From Octopus vulgaris (taxonomy: Eukaryota), in contig OX597832.1 of the NCBI GenBank assembly GCA_951406725.2, positions 66,774,001 through 66,838,000 on the forward strand: a stretch of DNA of 64,000 bases, read 5' to 3'. A program made the translations under genes and the position numbers. This document shows positions 36,936-53,215 of this stretch, piece after piece (position 1 is the stretch's first letter; each line of letters starts with the position of its first letter). The notes below the pieces were generated by a model that ran no database searches, was not told the DNA's origin, and saw only the letters and a list, made by a program, of their open reading frames with translations.

Positions 36936-37328
36936 TCTTTATATATAAAAGTGAAGTTGTGTGTCTCTCTCCTACGATTTAGATTCCTAACTACTCCCAC
37001 ATTTTGTGGTGCAGTGTAACCAAAAGCGGGTATCTTATAGTCGTGATTCATATCGAGCCCTTCTGGGTATTAGCGCGCGTCTACGATGAGTCTACGATTT
37101 TAAAAACAATTTACCATCGTTTTCCCATTTTTAATGCATTTGTTTGCTATTATATAAGGGAAGTAACTCTCTAAAAATGTATTATTAAATCTCAGAACGT
37201 AAAAAGCTACAGTAACACCCCGCTTTGTGGTTAGCCATATTGAGATGGCTATTATACTTTACATCTCTAAAAATGCTTATATAGTTATTTCCCTTACAAA
37301 CCCGTGCAACGCCGGACGATACTGCTAG
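36936..37328 (+). mobile_element. Complete non-autonomous Helitron
   Basis: A|TC start (TCTTTATATATAAAA), subterminal GC-rich hairpin remnant CCCGTGCAACGCCGGA, CTAG|T end and no TSD. Confidence 0.8.
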
Positions 37329-39769
37329 TTATATTATATATGTATGTGCTTTGGCCTTGAGCAAAAATTTGAAATGAACATGTTTAATATCTGATCATTC
37401 AGTATAGGACACTTCGTCACATTGCCATATTGTAGGCTTGATATTTGTATTTTCTTATTCTATTTTTAGTCTTATTCGTTTTGCATGAAGTTATCTATCT
37501 ATCTGTCAATCAATCTATATATCTGTCTGTCTTTCTCCGCCACCTCACTCTATCTTTATAGCTCTCTGTCTGTCTATCTAAATACACGCTTAATGGAAGA
37601 GAACTAATGTAATGTACAATACCTTTAATTAAATGTTGCCTCAAGTGAATATAAATGGTGAAGTTTTTGATTGTTGTCTTTTTGCCCATATTTCCGTATA
37701 ACATGTTACTCCGTGAATATGAAACAGCCCTGTTAAAATCCCTTTTCTGACTTCCCTGGACCATTACACATCTTCATTTGTTCATGAACTGAGATCTTTT
37801 CGATGATTTGTATATTTCTTTGAAATGCATATGTGTTCGCGTAACTGGATATATTTTTCATTTATTTAATTCCACTGCAAGACTATGCTGTGGTTCATTC
37901 AATTGAGCAAAGATTGCCTTTTGGTATTGCTATTTATGTAGTGTACGTAATTTTATTTCGCCTCTTATACGACTGAATTGAAACTAAACTTCCCTACTGC
38001 GATATTGTTAAGAAGATGATTTTCAAGTGGTTATAAAAGAAGGTATATCCGAAATATCGTGTCAAATCAAGTAGTTGGACAGTGATCTTTAAACGGCTTT
38101 GTATGAAGTTATATTAAGCGTGCAGATAATTCTAGCGGATGCCGGAATAGTAAATATCCAACCACAATGCCCTTACTATCAAATAACATTCATTCTATTT
38201 ATCGAGAATGGCATATATGAGCGTCCTTTCTAATTGAATGATATCCACGTATACTCAATGCAACTGAGGGGGAAATGCATTAAACATCCGAAGGACGAAC
38301 TTCATTTACTTGTATAACAAGACCATTCATCATTTCGATTCACTGACATTTACGAGAATTCTTCACTTTCAACTTTGACATCAAACACCGTTTTCATATT
38401 CTTAATTTTCTTATTTTGCTCCCAAACGGGCTAAGGTATTTCACCATTCAAATCGATGATTAAAGAATAAAATATCCCACCCATATGAGCTGAGAACTTT
38501 ACAATATGGTTCAGAAAAATTATAACTTACAAGTGCGATTGAATTAACTGCTGAAGAGTATTAAGACACGATAAATTGCGTTAGTATTCATACATGTACA
38601 TTTAGTAGTTTGATCTGGTTTATAAGGCCTGGTGTTGAGACACCAGCGTGCTATTACTAAAATATCAAAAGCAATATTTGCCGCTATGATTCTGGAATAA
38701 ATCTTCCAGTTCACCGGGTGCAATTAATCTACGAACATTCATTTTGCTGAACTGTTTGGAGTGTACGGGTATTTTCGCTTGATCTGCAAAAATGAGCCGT
38801 TTGATGTCTATAGGTAAGGCCGCTGGATTTATTAAGAGCATCAGTTAAAGCTCTTTCACACCATACACTACCGACTTAAAAAGAAAAGCTGATGAAAAAG
38901 ATAAATATGTGTAATCCTAGATACACTGGGTCAGCAGAAAAGTTAGAATGATCGCAACTCGAATGCACTGCGCTTTTCGTCTCCTTCATTTATATTGATT
39001 AGGGAAGAAACCAATGACAACAGCACCAATTTCAAACATTTACTATCGTAACCTAGCAACAATGAGTAAATCAGTATAATAAATATAAGTCCTATTTATA
39101 TAAACGTTATGATATAATTTTCTTATATTTCTTTGATGCCTGTGATCTTTGAACAGAGAATAAATCCTCTGTAGCGGTTTTTTCTGTATCGTACGCCATT
39201 CTGAAAGGCTCTGCAATGAGGTCTTGAATTATATTTCTCAGTATCTGACCAATATGATTAGCAGACACACATAATATTTCGCTTCACCAATGTTTTAATA
39301 ATAAAAGAAGCCAGCTTTATTTGCTAGTGAAAAATTGCTAATATCGCTGGCATTTCTTATTCAGAGTGTGTCATTTATATTAGGTCACTTCAAACAATAA
39401 CATAAAGATTTAAACTAATCATCACTTATTGAAAAGCGTTCCAATCTCAACTATTATAAATATATTTCAAATATTGCATATTTTAAACGCGTCCTTTTGT
39501 TAAAGCCATTACGAAGCGAATTAGGGAATATCTTGAAGCTATGACTAGGAAATTGAGCGATTATATAGAAGCATCTTTTTCGGTTAGACCTAACTCTAAG
39601 TCGTTATTGTTGTTGCACTTGTTATTTATTTTAAAGCCCTAAGTTATTATTCATTGAATGACTCTATAATCAGAGCGATTCTAAAATGGACACCCTCAAC
39701 GTGTTAATTATGCTCAGGACTATATCATACTATATGTTCTCTCCTTACTCAGTCGGTAAGATATTTTAC

Positions 39770-39966
39770 TCGTCGTGCGATTCATTAATACTTCGGGTCT
39801 ACGTCTATCTTCATACGTTCTCAGTTCAAATTCTGCCGAGGTCGACTTTGCCTTTCACTCATTCAGGGGTCGATAAATTAAGTACCGGTTGCGTACTGGG
39901 GGCGATCTAATCGACTGTCACCCTCCCCCTAAATTTCGGGCCTTGTGCCTAGAGTAGAAAAGTATA
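39770..39966 (+). mobile_element. SINE copy (dominant family)
   Basis: GTTCAAATTCTGCCGAGGTCGACTTTGCCTTTCA..GGGCCTTGTGCCTAGAGTAGAAAAG. Confidence 0.8.
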
Positions 39967-40083
39967 TTGTGTCAGGATTAATACAGTTTACAACTACGAA
40001 CTTTACAACCATCTAGCATGGCTTATACAACCAAGTATGAATTAAATAGTATATAGGACATTTGTTCTTTCATCGGCATAATG

Positions 40084-40123
<40 letters not shown>

Positions 40124-40192
40124 TAATAATAATAATAATGATAATAATAATAAAAAAATAATAATAATGATAATAAAATAATAATAATAATG

Positions 40193-40295
<103 letters not shown>

Positions 40296-40305
40296 TAATA
40301 ATAAT

Positions 40306-40703
40306 ATGGCTTCTGAGGCTCTCATGGCTTCTGATCTTAACTGATCTCTGATCACAAGCAGAAGTAGTGGGGGAGCATCATAGCCATGTGTTAAAAGGGA
40401 TTCTTTGGGGTTTGAATAGTTCCCCTCTGGAAACATGGGTGGTTCTTTCAACATCATTAAGCAACCCTTATTCAGGGACCGTTTGAGCGGGATGGGCTAC
40501 TCAACCTGAAGAAAATTCTAACTGGGCCCCACCTGCAAGGTCATGTGCTGTTTATCTTGATATGAGATCACCATGTCGCGCACATATGGTTGTGATGCAT
40601 GTGCCTGGTGTACCTTTATCAGAGGGGTAGTCATGATGGGTATATTGGGCTTCGTATATTTTACCCCAGTGTCACTTTGATGGCATGAACTGCTCTCTCA
40701 CTC
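40306..40703. mobile_element. Internally deleted copy of a (TAA)n-embedded non-coding element
   Basis: Highly similar to 40799-41354 but lacks ~145 bp. It is flanked by (AAT)n. Confidence 0.75.
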
Positions 40704-40768
<65 letters not shown>

Positions 40769-40798
40769 CAACAACAACAACAACAATAATAATAATAA

Positions 40799-41354
40799 AT
40801 GCCCTGATGCAGTACCAGGCAGTGGCTCTCATGGCTTCTGATCTTAGCTGAGTGGAAGTGTTATCAAGTACATTGTTTTGTCTTGGTATAAAAGATGGGG
40901 TACAGCAAATATTCTGCTCACTACCACAGATTTGCTTGTCAGTTGTTTGACCTTAACCAGTTGAGCATGTCCCTTAGTGGCTGACGATATGTGCATCTCT
41001 GATCACGAGCAGAAGTAGTGGGGGAGCATCATAGCCATGTGTTGAGAGGGATTCTTTGGGGTTTGAATAATTCACCTATGGAAACATGGGTGGTTCTTTC
41101 AACATCCTTAAATAACCCTTATTCAGGGACCTTTTGAGCGGGATGGGCTACTCAACCTGAAGAAAATTCTAACTGGGCCCCACCTGCAAGGTCATGTGCT
41201 GTTTATCTTGATATGAGATCACCACGTCGCGCACATATGGTTGTGATGCATGTGCCTGGTGTACCCTTATCAGACGGGTATTCATGATGGGTATATTGGG
41301 CTTCGTATATTTTACCCCAGTGTCACTTTGATGGCATGAACTGCCCTCTCACTC
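40799..41354. mobile_element. ~555-bp (TAA)n-embedded non-coding element (possibly R4/Dong-dependent)
   Basis: GC-richer island with sharp boundaries in (AAT)n. It shares its end (CTCTCACTC-AATAAT) with the adjacent copy. Confidence 0.7.
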
Positions 41355-41380
41355 AATAATAATAATGATAATAATAATAA

Positions 41381-41487
<107 letters not shown>

Positions 41488-41514
41488 TTAATAATAATAA
41501 TTAATAATAATAAT

Positions 41515-41584
<70 letters not shown>

Positions 41585-41669
41585 TGAAATTTTAACTTGC
41601 CTGTTGAGGTCTCTGGGTGAGATTTGGAGTCAACTTGTACAAATACAAAGCAAAAGTTAAAATATATAA

Positions 41670-41704
<35 letters not shown>

Positions 41705-41729
41705 TTAGTATTAGTAGTAGTAGTAGTAA

Positions 41730-43030
<1,301 letters not shown>

Positions 43031-43313
43031 GTTCTATCTTATAATAAAAAGAATATGAACAACAGCAATAATTATAATTTATGTACATGTTCACAATTTT
43101 AGGGGAAGGAGGAACGACCGATATATCATCGACTCCTTTACTAGATTAGTACTTTCTTTTATTGGCCCTAGAGTGGAGAAAATAAAGCGGACTCGATCTG
43201 AATTTGAATGCTGACCATAGGGAGCCGGATCACTTAACGTAAATCATTTTATGCGATGCTCCAATGACGCTGCAATCGTTTTCTTTTCAATCCTCATTTA
43301 CTATGTTCGTGTG

Positions 43314-43671
43314 TGGAGGCGCAGTGGTTAGTGAAGCGGGCTTGCAGTCATAGGATCTCGGTTTCGATTCCCAGACCGGGCGTTGTGCGAAAACACCTAA
43401 AGCTGCACAGGGCTACGGCAGGGAGTGGTGGCGAACCCTGCTGTTTTCTATCACCACAACTCTCTCTCACTCTTTCTTCCTGTTTCTATTGTACCTGTGT
43501 TTCTAAGGGCCAGCCTTGTCGCACCCTGTGCCACGCTGAGTCTTAGCAAGAACTACGTTAAGAGTACACGTGTCTGTGGAGTACTCGGCCACTTGCATAT
43601 TAATTTCACGAACAGGCTGTTCTGTTGATCGGATCAACTAGAACCTTCATCGTCGCAACCGATGGAGTGCC
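43314..43671 (+). mobile_element. Full-length tRNA-derived SINE with target-site duplication
   Basis: A-box-like GGCGCAGTGGTTAG, B-box GGTTTCGATTCCC, and TSD ACTATGTTCG(T/C)GTG at 43300 and 43672. Confidence 0.85.
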
Positions 43672-44579
43672 ACTATGTTCGCGTGAATAACATCTCTAAA
43701 TTCATCCACTCCGAACCTATTGTTTATGATAATCGTTAACTTCATGTAGGTTTTCCTCACTCAAGCAATTAAAAAATAATACACATATTTTGCTATTGTA
43801 AAATGAAGAAAATACAGCCGATGAAGGATGTCAAAGGATGAACAATATCGCAAATCGCTATATTTCACGGTGAAATTTTTAATGTGCGCTTAAGGTTGAA
43901 GCAACAAGCAAGGGACGTCATTCTTATTCAAAAAGAATATTCACAGGTCCCTAATAAATCATATGCAATCCCGGGAGATAAATGTATTATTCGTCTTTGG
44001 TGAATGAAGATTGGCCATTGGAATACATTACACAACGCTATGGAGTATAGTGTTGTTATGCATGGATCAAATCGGAAATAATGAATAGATAGTAAGAATG
44101 AATTTCCATAATATCAACATAGAAACACCCTAGAGTGTTTATGAATATATACTCTGTTTGGCAAATGTTGATTTCTATACATTGCAGTTAGTGCAGCGTG
44201 TAGCTGCTGAATGTATTCAAATGGGTTATACGAAGATAGATATATATGAATTTAAACACGCGCGCACACAACTATTAATGAAGGAAACACACACGGTTTC
44301 CTTATTCCTATGAAATCCACTGCTTCCATTAAGCACACGGTGCTATTGAACTCTTAAGTTGTGACAAAACACTGTACGACAATCGTTGCGTTTCAGAAGG
44401 TGATATGTAAGTACTGTAAGAATGTGGACAAGAAGATACATAGATTGATATAGATATACAGAGAGAGAGAGGAGGAGAGAGATTGGAGGGATTGGTGGAT
44501 AGATACAGAGAAAAACGTTTCTCAGAAAAAATCTCTGATAAAACGAATTCATATTAATGCACCGTATATATATATATTT

Positions 44580-44761
<182 letters not shown>

Positions 44762-45505
44762 CCATTTATATGTATGCGTGTATTTATAGACAGTTGTCTG
44801 CATATATTTATTCACATAACATTGGTCACCGCAAGGATCCTTCACAATGTGGCACTTATCTCGACATGATGAAGAACTGAATTCCATTATCCATTTCACC
44901 CAAGCAATTGTACCAGGCAGGCCATCAACATAACAAACTATCAAACCAACTACAAACCAGCCGTCGCGAAACAATGAATTTAGCTGATTGTGTATATATG
45001 ACAAACAAACAATTCTTTCAACAAATTGCATTCGAAAACATGTGATAGTGAAACGAGCATTTTATAATGGTGTCCTAATTACACTTGACTCCACTAAGGT
45101 ATAGTTTTGTTTTTTGATAAAAAGATGTCTCCGGTCATTGTCCTTTGCGATTAGAGATGAATGGCGATAAAATTAAGAACGGCTGACTCTAATTCCAATA
45201 CTAAAACTAGTATATGGCCTGAATACTCAGGGAAGAATAAATTGGAATTCACACAATACTAAACTATGTATCGTTTTTATGTTTATTCGAGATTTCATAA
45301 ACGAAGTATATTATGAAATATTGAATTAGATTTCCATCGTATTTATTAGCGACCAAACACCGCAAACACAACTTCAATCAATTACGTACGTGCTTTCTTG
45401 TTCGGTTAAATATATCTGTATGTAATGATTCTTTGTCCAAGTGTTTTTCTCTTTTTATTTGTATTTTATATCGGAATACTGGCAATGTAAGAAAAACTCC
45501 ACGCG

Positions 45506-45560
<55 letters not shown>

Positions 45561-46195
45561 TGTACGTATTAGTATTAACGTATATGCGTGTGAGTGTGAA
45601 TATGTTTGTTCGTTCATAAATATTTACTTTAAAAAAAAGACGAATAAACATAATCTTAAAAATAGCTTCAATGCTTTCTTTGTGATAACTTATTCTGTCA
45701 TTTATTAGAAATCTGTAAAGTTGTGATGTTATTTATTACCTGCTAGTTCGTTTGGAACATCGATATCTCTTGAAAATTCAACATCATGTATGTCTGGTAT
45801 GTATATTACAGCTCCTTTATTTAAATATCCCATTTATAAATATCTTATATTTATTCGTGTGTCTCGTATAATATACGACTTAAATGCTGGAACGAAATGG
45901 AAAAAAAAAAACATCGATTAACGAGCAACGAAAAAGTGAAAATTTTCCATGTACGATTGGACGCAGTATGTACATCGAAAACCTAAATGTAAAGTCTCTA
46001 AGCGGTTGCTCCAGCCATTACGAATGTCAGTCGAGATCTCCTAGGAATCACATTGCCGACGACTATAAAAAATGGCACATTTTGCATTTTAAAACAAAAT
46101 ATAGGTGAAGAAAATATGTATGTAAATGGCATGCAGTCATCAAATAATAGCGATTGGTTAGGATTGGGTATTCAACCACGAAGAAAGATGATGGC

Positions 46196-46242
<47 letters not shown>

Positions 46243-46806
46243 TACATAACTTTCATTATAGTAGTAACTATGGAAGACTAGGTGGTATTTGTATTTGTAT
46301 GGACGCGATTTAGACTACAATTTAGTTATTGCAGTTTGCTATTAATACCGATGCAATGTACATTGGTTTATATGCTTCTTTGTCGCAGTTTTATTAAAGT
46401 TATTGTTTAATCCTGCCTATAAATTGACTAATTGAAAGAATGTGGTTATTAAGCTTCCACACTATATTATAGTAGCTTAAGGTGAGAGTCTGGTTGTTAC
46501 TCTCTGTTGCTTCCTTTCTGTTTCTTATCGACACATCATCCCTCTTTCTCTCTCCTTTCTCTCGGAAGTCCCTCGCTTTCTCTTACTCACTATCTTTATA
46601 TATCTATCCCCCATTTATAAAAAAACAAAAGATCTTGAGTAAGTTCAGAAAGAAAATATTTTGAAAAATCAATCATAAGTATCAGGCAGTGACAACTGAA
46701 AGCACAATTGCCTTTTGTACGTGCCACTATTCGAGCGAATAAAGAGAAAATGTATTTCTTTGTTCAATTTAGTACTTCTTTTGGGAATTTTTGGACGATT
46801 GACCAT

Positions 46807-47122
46807 GCAGTTTCTGGGTGTTGACTGTCATCAGCGCACGACAATCACCGGATTTCGATGGAAGGGTACCAATGCAAATACATATATCCTTTTTCTCGTG
46901 ACTTTTCGTCACTAATCTTTCAGTTCATGCGTATCACTTAGGTTGATGAGGGAAGGATGACCTCTCTTTGCAAATACCGATAGGGCACACAAAGTGTGTC
47001 AATAGCCAGAAGATGTTCTCCTGCAGCTACAAGCTACAGTAACATCCACCCTTAGTGGCTAGCCATATTGAGATGGCTAATATACGTCACATTGTCGTGC
47101 AGTTACTGTCTATACCTCGTTC

Positions 47123-47127
<5 letters not shown>
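46807..47127. mobile_element. Rearranged copy of the 353-bp unit (inverted 46807-46919, direct 46921-47127)
   Basis: The inverted part spans the unit junction and the HHR core (GTGCGCTGATGACAGTCAACACCCAGAAACTGCA). The direct part starts at CAGTTCATGCGTATCACTTAGG. Confidence 0.75.
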
Positions 47128-47161
<34 letters not shown>

Positions 47162-48250
47162 TATATGTGTTTGTGGACGCATGCATGCGTTTGTACATGG
47201 CGGAAAGAGTAACAGAGTTAATGTGAAAGTGAGCGGGGCCTGAAATTGATTCGTTCGAGCCATCCTATAAAACTCACTTATCCCCAACCTTTTCACGAAT
47301 GACCCTGCTCTCTAGTTGTAAATATGCATGACGAAGCGGTGTGATTAAGCACTGAAAACAACGAAAACGCCATGTTTGTAGCGTATTTCGTTCTACGGAA
47401 CAATGTATTTAAACCTTTCAAATCAACGTGGAATTAATTTCTTGAATAGTACAGCTTACTGTCTAGGAGAAATAAATACCCTCCGATATGTGACCTCCGA
47501 GGAATTGGGATAGACCTCCAACCAGCCTAGTCACCTTACGGTAGCGCGTTAGTGAGTAAAGGCAGAAGATCTATGTGAATGGGAAAAGAAAGAGGAAAAT
47601 ACGTAACAGTCTATATTGAGAACGGATTAATGATAAAATTCTGCACGTGATTTCAGTGAAGATAATGAGGTAAAGTAAAACGAACGCATTTAATAGCTTT
47701 GCGTACATCCTTAATTTTAACTCTCTTATAAGTAAGTCGCTTTTCTGTGAGAAGTAAAATACACGCATGTATTGGAATCATTTCTAATCTTTTATAAACA
47801 TAAATTTAAATGCTCTTTCGAATTATGACTGTATTCGCGTAAGTAGCTTTGACAAATGAACTGTCTAGTATATTTGAACAGATAGTGAATTATACAGATA
47901 ATCAATACTGAAACAAGACAGACCATCACGAGTGGATGATGTGACCTTTTGTTTAAAATAATTTGTCTTTCTTGTCAAAGAATAAAAAGACATTAATATC
48001 AACCTTAGTATTCGCTCTTCATAACTGAAATCATGAAGAATTAAAGTCGTATTAAAGAGACAAAGCGAAGTAAACATTGCGAAAACGGTTACGAAATTTC
48101 AATCAATAAATTATGTATGAAGGAAAAATTGTGAGTGAACGGTGGAGGAAATAAAGCAAGTTGTGCTAAAAAGATGGTTGTTGTAAACTGGCGGAGAGAT
48201 AAGTGATGTCAGGAATAAATATTTGTGATATATATAAATATATACATGAC

Positions 48251-48325
<75 letters not shown>

Positions 48326-48357
48326 CATTATTATTATTATTGTTATAATTATTATTA

Positions 48358-48427
<70 letters not shown>

Positions 48428-48835
48428 CAGTTGCAGCAGCAACAGTAACGCGACAATATCTGCTTCCATTTCGGAAGTTCAAGCGTTAGATAAAATGCAT
48501 CAGCGAACAAAAGATGAGTGAAGTGTATTCTTGTTGTTATTCACTTTATTTCAATCATTGATATCAGCCACCATGCCAAGGGGACTGCCATGAGGTTTTA
48601 AATGGTTTGTATCAATTCCTATACAGATTTCAGTCTGGAAGCATTACATTTCTATACGTAAAGAATAGCATTTGACATAAATGGTGACGATATAATAATA
48701 TACGCCTGACATAAACGGTAACAGTGAGCATCAACATGCTCACGTAGCAGCACATACGTACACATACACACACGTATACACACACACACATACACACATA
48801 TATATATATAGTTATACATACATACATATATATGC

Positions 48836-48868
<33 letters not shown>

Positions 48869-49594
48869 AGCAACTCCATTTAATTGGATAAAAATAGAGT
48901 CGCATGAAACGATCGTTTTGCATTACCTCTTGATATCTTTGTTGCTTAATTTGATTATAATCAACCCATTTTGAATTATATGGATAATACTATAATAAAT
49001 TCTGGTGCCTTTAACTTGAGCAGCATATTGAACTGAATCTAATTTTTTACTGAACTTATGCATATATATATATATAATTGGCGTACATTTAAACACAAAA
49101 AAGACGTGACCCTTAACAGGCCGCCTTACATGATAGAAGGTGCAGTCAAAACATCCAAAACCGCATTTAAGAGCAATTTCAAATGGAATGAAAAATAAAA
49201 TCATTTACCATGTTTTTTTTACAAGCAGACCAAGATTTCGAACTTTAATTTACGAAGTTATGGCGCAATCAGTATTTACATATAATCACAATTCAGCTTC
49301 GTTGAAGTATGTTTCTCCAATATTTTTACTGCAAAAGGTAAATACACTGCATTTTCCGTGGAGAAAGAAATATCTCTGATGGTAAAAGTGGGTGAAAACA
49401 CCCATTTCATTCAGTGTCGCCATCTCTCGGGAATCGCAGACATCGATATTTCGTGTTTGCTGACTTATGTCGGTGAGATCTATCTGAGAAACGAACTAGA
49501 TAAAGCTTTGTATAAAATTCAGTCAACGTGTTGACTGCTTTACGCTAGGAGATCGCCCGATCGAAATAAGTAACGAAGTAACGGCTTCAAGCTT

Positions 49595-49728
49595 TATTTT
49601 GTTCTGAGTTCAAATTCCGCCGAGGTCGATTTTGCCTTTCATACTTTCCGGGTCGATAAATTAGGTACCAGTTGCATACTGGGCCCCCTCCATAAAAATC
49701 TCGGGCCTTGTGCTTTGAGTAGAAAATA
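49595..49728 (+). mobile_element. SINE copy (dominant family, internally deleted)
   Basis: GTTCTGAGTTCAAATTCCGCCGAGGTCGA..GGGCCTTGTGC. Confidence 0.75.
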
Positions 49729-49859
49729 ATATAAACACATATACAGAGTCTTCGGACTAAATAGACAGTTTGTATAAATAGAAAATTAAACACAATAAAC
49801 CCGTCCAAAAATAAAAGTATTCTAAAATATCGAAGAATAACTAGTAGGTAATGGCTGGG

Positions 49860-50300
49860 AGATAACAGTTTCCTCAAAGTTGCTGTCTCAGCTGCTTCCG
49901 GAATCTGATTCATGCATTCCTGATTGTGTCCATAGGAAGAACTTCGAATCCTTCATTGGTCTTGGCAGCCAACTTGGACTTGGTGTCTCAGAGGTGCGCT
50001 TGCTGAATTTCTAAGCTGTGCCCCATACATAATAATCCATAGCATTAAAGTCGGGTGCATTAGGAAACTAGAAATTGTGGGTAGACAAGCCGTAGAAACC
50101 GCTTTTTGATCCTTTCCGGGGGTATAATAATCAGCTAAATCCTGCTGCTACACTTATGCCCCTCCCAGTAGCAACTCAATCCGATCCAGGTGTAACTATA
50201 GTCTCAAGTAGCTTACCTTACCACCTTAATTGCACCTAAGGTCATATTCAAGTATTTGGGCTGGAATGTTGCCGTGGGGATGCAGTGAGAATGCCTGCTC
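49860..50300 (-). pseudogene. Tc1/mariner-superfamily (maT-like) transposase relic
   Basis: The minus strand gives FPNAPDFNAMDYYVWG (a WPPNSPDLNPLDY-like motif), preceded by a QQD-like segment. Confidence 0.6.
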
Positions 50301-50839
50301 TATCACTTCCTGTATGCAACAACTTCATTGTCTCCGTTGCAGCTTTTAACGTCACGTGTTACAGATTTTAGTACCTTTACGGAGCAGTTATTGGCATTAT
50401 ACTACCCAGTTCGAATCATGTTATGATACATGTATCATGTCATGAATCATGTTATGATACATGTAGATATTTTCTAATATAATTCGATAGTTTGCACTTC
50501 TCCACGTCAGCCAACGTTTAGTCACCTACAACTATAATCTTTTTAAATCCCCAATGGCATTGACCATTTATCAATACACTTCGCTTTTTTTGAAAACAAG
50601 AGAAACATAAAATACCGGCAAATTTAACTCGAACACCTTGATCAGACAAAGCTTACGGAATAAATAGTGCACAGGGATATCTTAAGATTTAGAAATAACT
50701 AAGGATAAAACCCACCTCAGTACCTTTGACATAATGTCATTAGACTGCAGCGGAAGAGACAATAGAGACTATATTAAAAAATATGCACAAATTTCAAAGA
50801 TGAATACCGCAAAGATGGTAACGATGCTATTGAATAATT

Positions 50840-51094
50840 AAGTTAATGCGCCCTTTTAAAACCTAGCCAGGCTCATGGGCCCAGTTTCCTGGTTTCAATG
50901 GCGCATATGTTCCCCAGCTGGACGGGACGCCAGACCATCGCAGCGTTACTCATTTTTGCCAGCTGAGTGGACTAGAGCAACGTGAAATGAAGTGTTTTGC
51001 TCAAGAACACAACGCCTCGCCCGGTCCAGGAATCGAAACCACAATCTTATGATCATGATGCTGATACCCTAACCACTAAGCCACGCGCATCCAC
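50840..51094 (-). mobile_element. Full-length tRNA-derived SINE with V-domain-like segment and TSD
   Basis: Head GTGGCTTAGTGGTTAGG..GGTTTCGATTCCT, internal CTGCGATGGTCTGGCGTCCCGTCCAG, and 11-bp TSD ATTGAATAATT at 50829 and 51095. Confidence 0.85.
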
Positions 51095-52076
51095 ATTGAA
51101 TAATTGTGTTGGAAATCAGCATTATAATTTGCTCTCCAAAACACAAAGCGATGCATCAGCAAAGGTTTTTTTTTTTCCTGAAGCCATTCTTCGTAGACAC
51201 AAGAAATAGCTAGAACAATGTATTGACAATGATTGAAACCGATGTAATCCAAGTATCTATAGATATACCTGATATAACAGAAAGATCGAGATGTGATGCA
51301 TTATTCGAAGTAGCACAATACTTGCAAAACCATTAAATGCAGTTGTGCATCTTACTTTAAATATGAGCGGCGTCGCTTCTTAAAGAGTCCCTTTGTTGTC
51401 GGATCTGCAGTCAATTATATCCAAAAATGTGCTTAAACTGTAATCCCTCGACCATCCCAGGTGTTACGTTCCAAAAAACCCCCGCGAGAGGTGAAAATCT
51501 GCGAAGTAGAAACTGTACTGTGCTGTATATTTTTAATAATTATTTTTGTAATATGTATATATTTATTTCACAATATTGCAAAACAAAACCACAATAGGCG
51601 GCTCACGATATGGTGAGGGATTACTGCATAATAATGTATAAAGCACCACATTAATGTATGAAGCATCCCACTAGAAGCATCAATCAGTGACACATTAACA
51701 GTGTTTTGTTTAGAAAATGTATAAAATTCAAACAGAAGATTGAAAGAAAATGTGGCTGCTCCATCTATCTCCCTCGCCATCTTTCTTCTTTACCTCCTCT
51801 CTTTCTCCACCTACCTGCTTTGCTTTCCTTTTCTCTCAACCGTTATTGTAGAAAGTAAATGATGGTCTATTGTGCATCTCTCTATCACACACAATATTGG
51901 CAAAAATGTAGATATTTATACTGTAGTAGATAATATTACGTACGACAGACTAACATTTTGAAGCATTATTCGGGGCCGAAAACTAAATTTATTCAGTTTA
52001 TTTCTACATGTATATGTAGGCATATATATATATATGCTTTTGCGTGTATGTATGTGTATAGATATACATATATGTA

Positions 52077-52123
<47 letters not shown>

Positions 52124-52286
52124 GGATAAATCCACACGCGCACACACACGCATATATAAACACACAACACACATATACCGATGAAGGAACAATTCATTTT
52201 AGCAACCTTCAACGAAATTATATTATTGCTTTCAAAAGATTAATTCTTTATTATGGCGCGCCGTTTACATATATGTAGACAATTAT

Positions 52287-52398
<112 letters not shown>

Positions 52399-52889
52399 AT
52401 ATATGTGAGTACTAATTTAATACTTTATTTATCAAATTTTTGCCTGTGAACTTATAAAAAGAAGTAACCAAAACAACTATAAAATACAAAGAAGGTTAGT
52501 TGAATCGTTTATATTGATCTTCAGGTTTTTTTTCTTCTTTGTTATCTGTTCTACAGTTTCCTCTTCCTTGCCGCCTTTATTCACGCTCCGGTAACATTAT
52601 ACAGGGGTTAAACAGATAGAGAAGACAAGTGTTAATGTGTCTTATATCTACATAATCTTATTGTAGAAACACAAGTTTTCACAGGTAGCTAATTTCATTA
52701 CATTTTGCGTTCTATTTATTTCAGATTTTTTGTTAGTTATTTTATATTATTTCACTGTCCTTTTCGGTAAATTTTTGCTTCATTGTTTTTGTGTTGGCTC
52801 ATACTAGATAGCTTTTCAGTTACTTACATACTTCCGAATATATATATATAGAGACGTTCATACTTACGCGTATATATACATACATACAT

Positions 52890-52954
<65 letters not shown>

Positions 52955-53161
52955 TAACATTTTCCGTTCATATCTGCATATATATCTGCACACACAATAA
53001 AAACTCATACACAAGCATGTACAATAATATATATGCATGTGTGGGCAGTTCTGTGTACGTGTATATGGTTCTGTGTACAAATAGATGTGTATATGCATAT
53101 AGCTCTATATCTATCTATCTTTCTATCTATCTATCTACCTCTCTCTCTCTCTCTCTCTCTA

Positions 53162-53215
<54 letters not shown>

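Noticed and set aside
43314-43385. tRNA gene (also the head at ~51020-51094)
   Set aside because: A and B boxes are present but there is no complete cloverleaf. The sequence continues into a SINE body with TSDs.
44820-45031. Unique N-terminal part of ORF 44549-45031 as an exon
   Set aside because: No recognisable homology; the ORF length is inflated by the (GATA)n tract.
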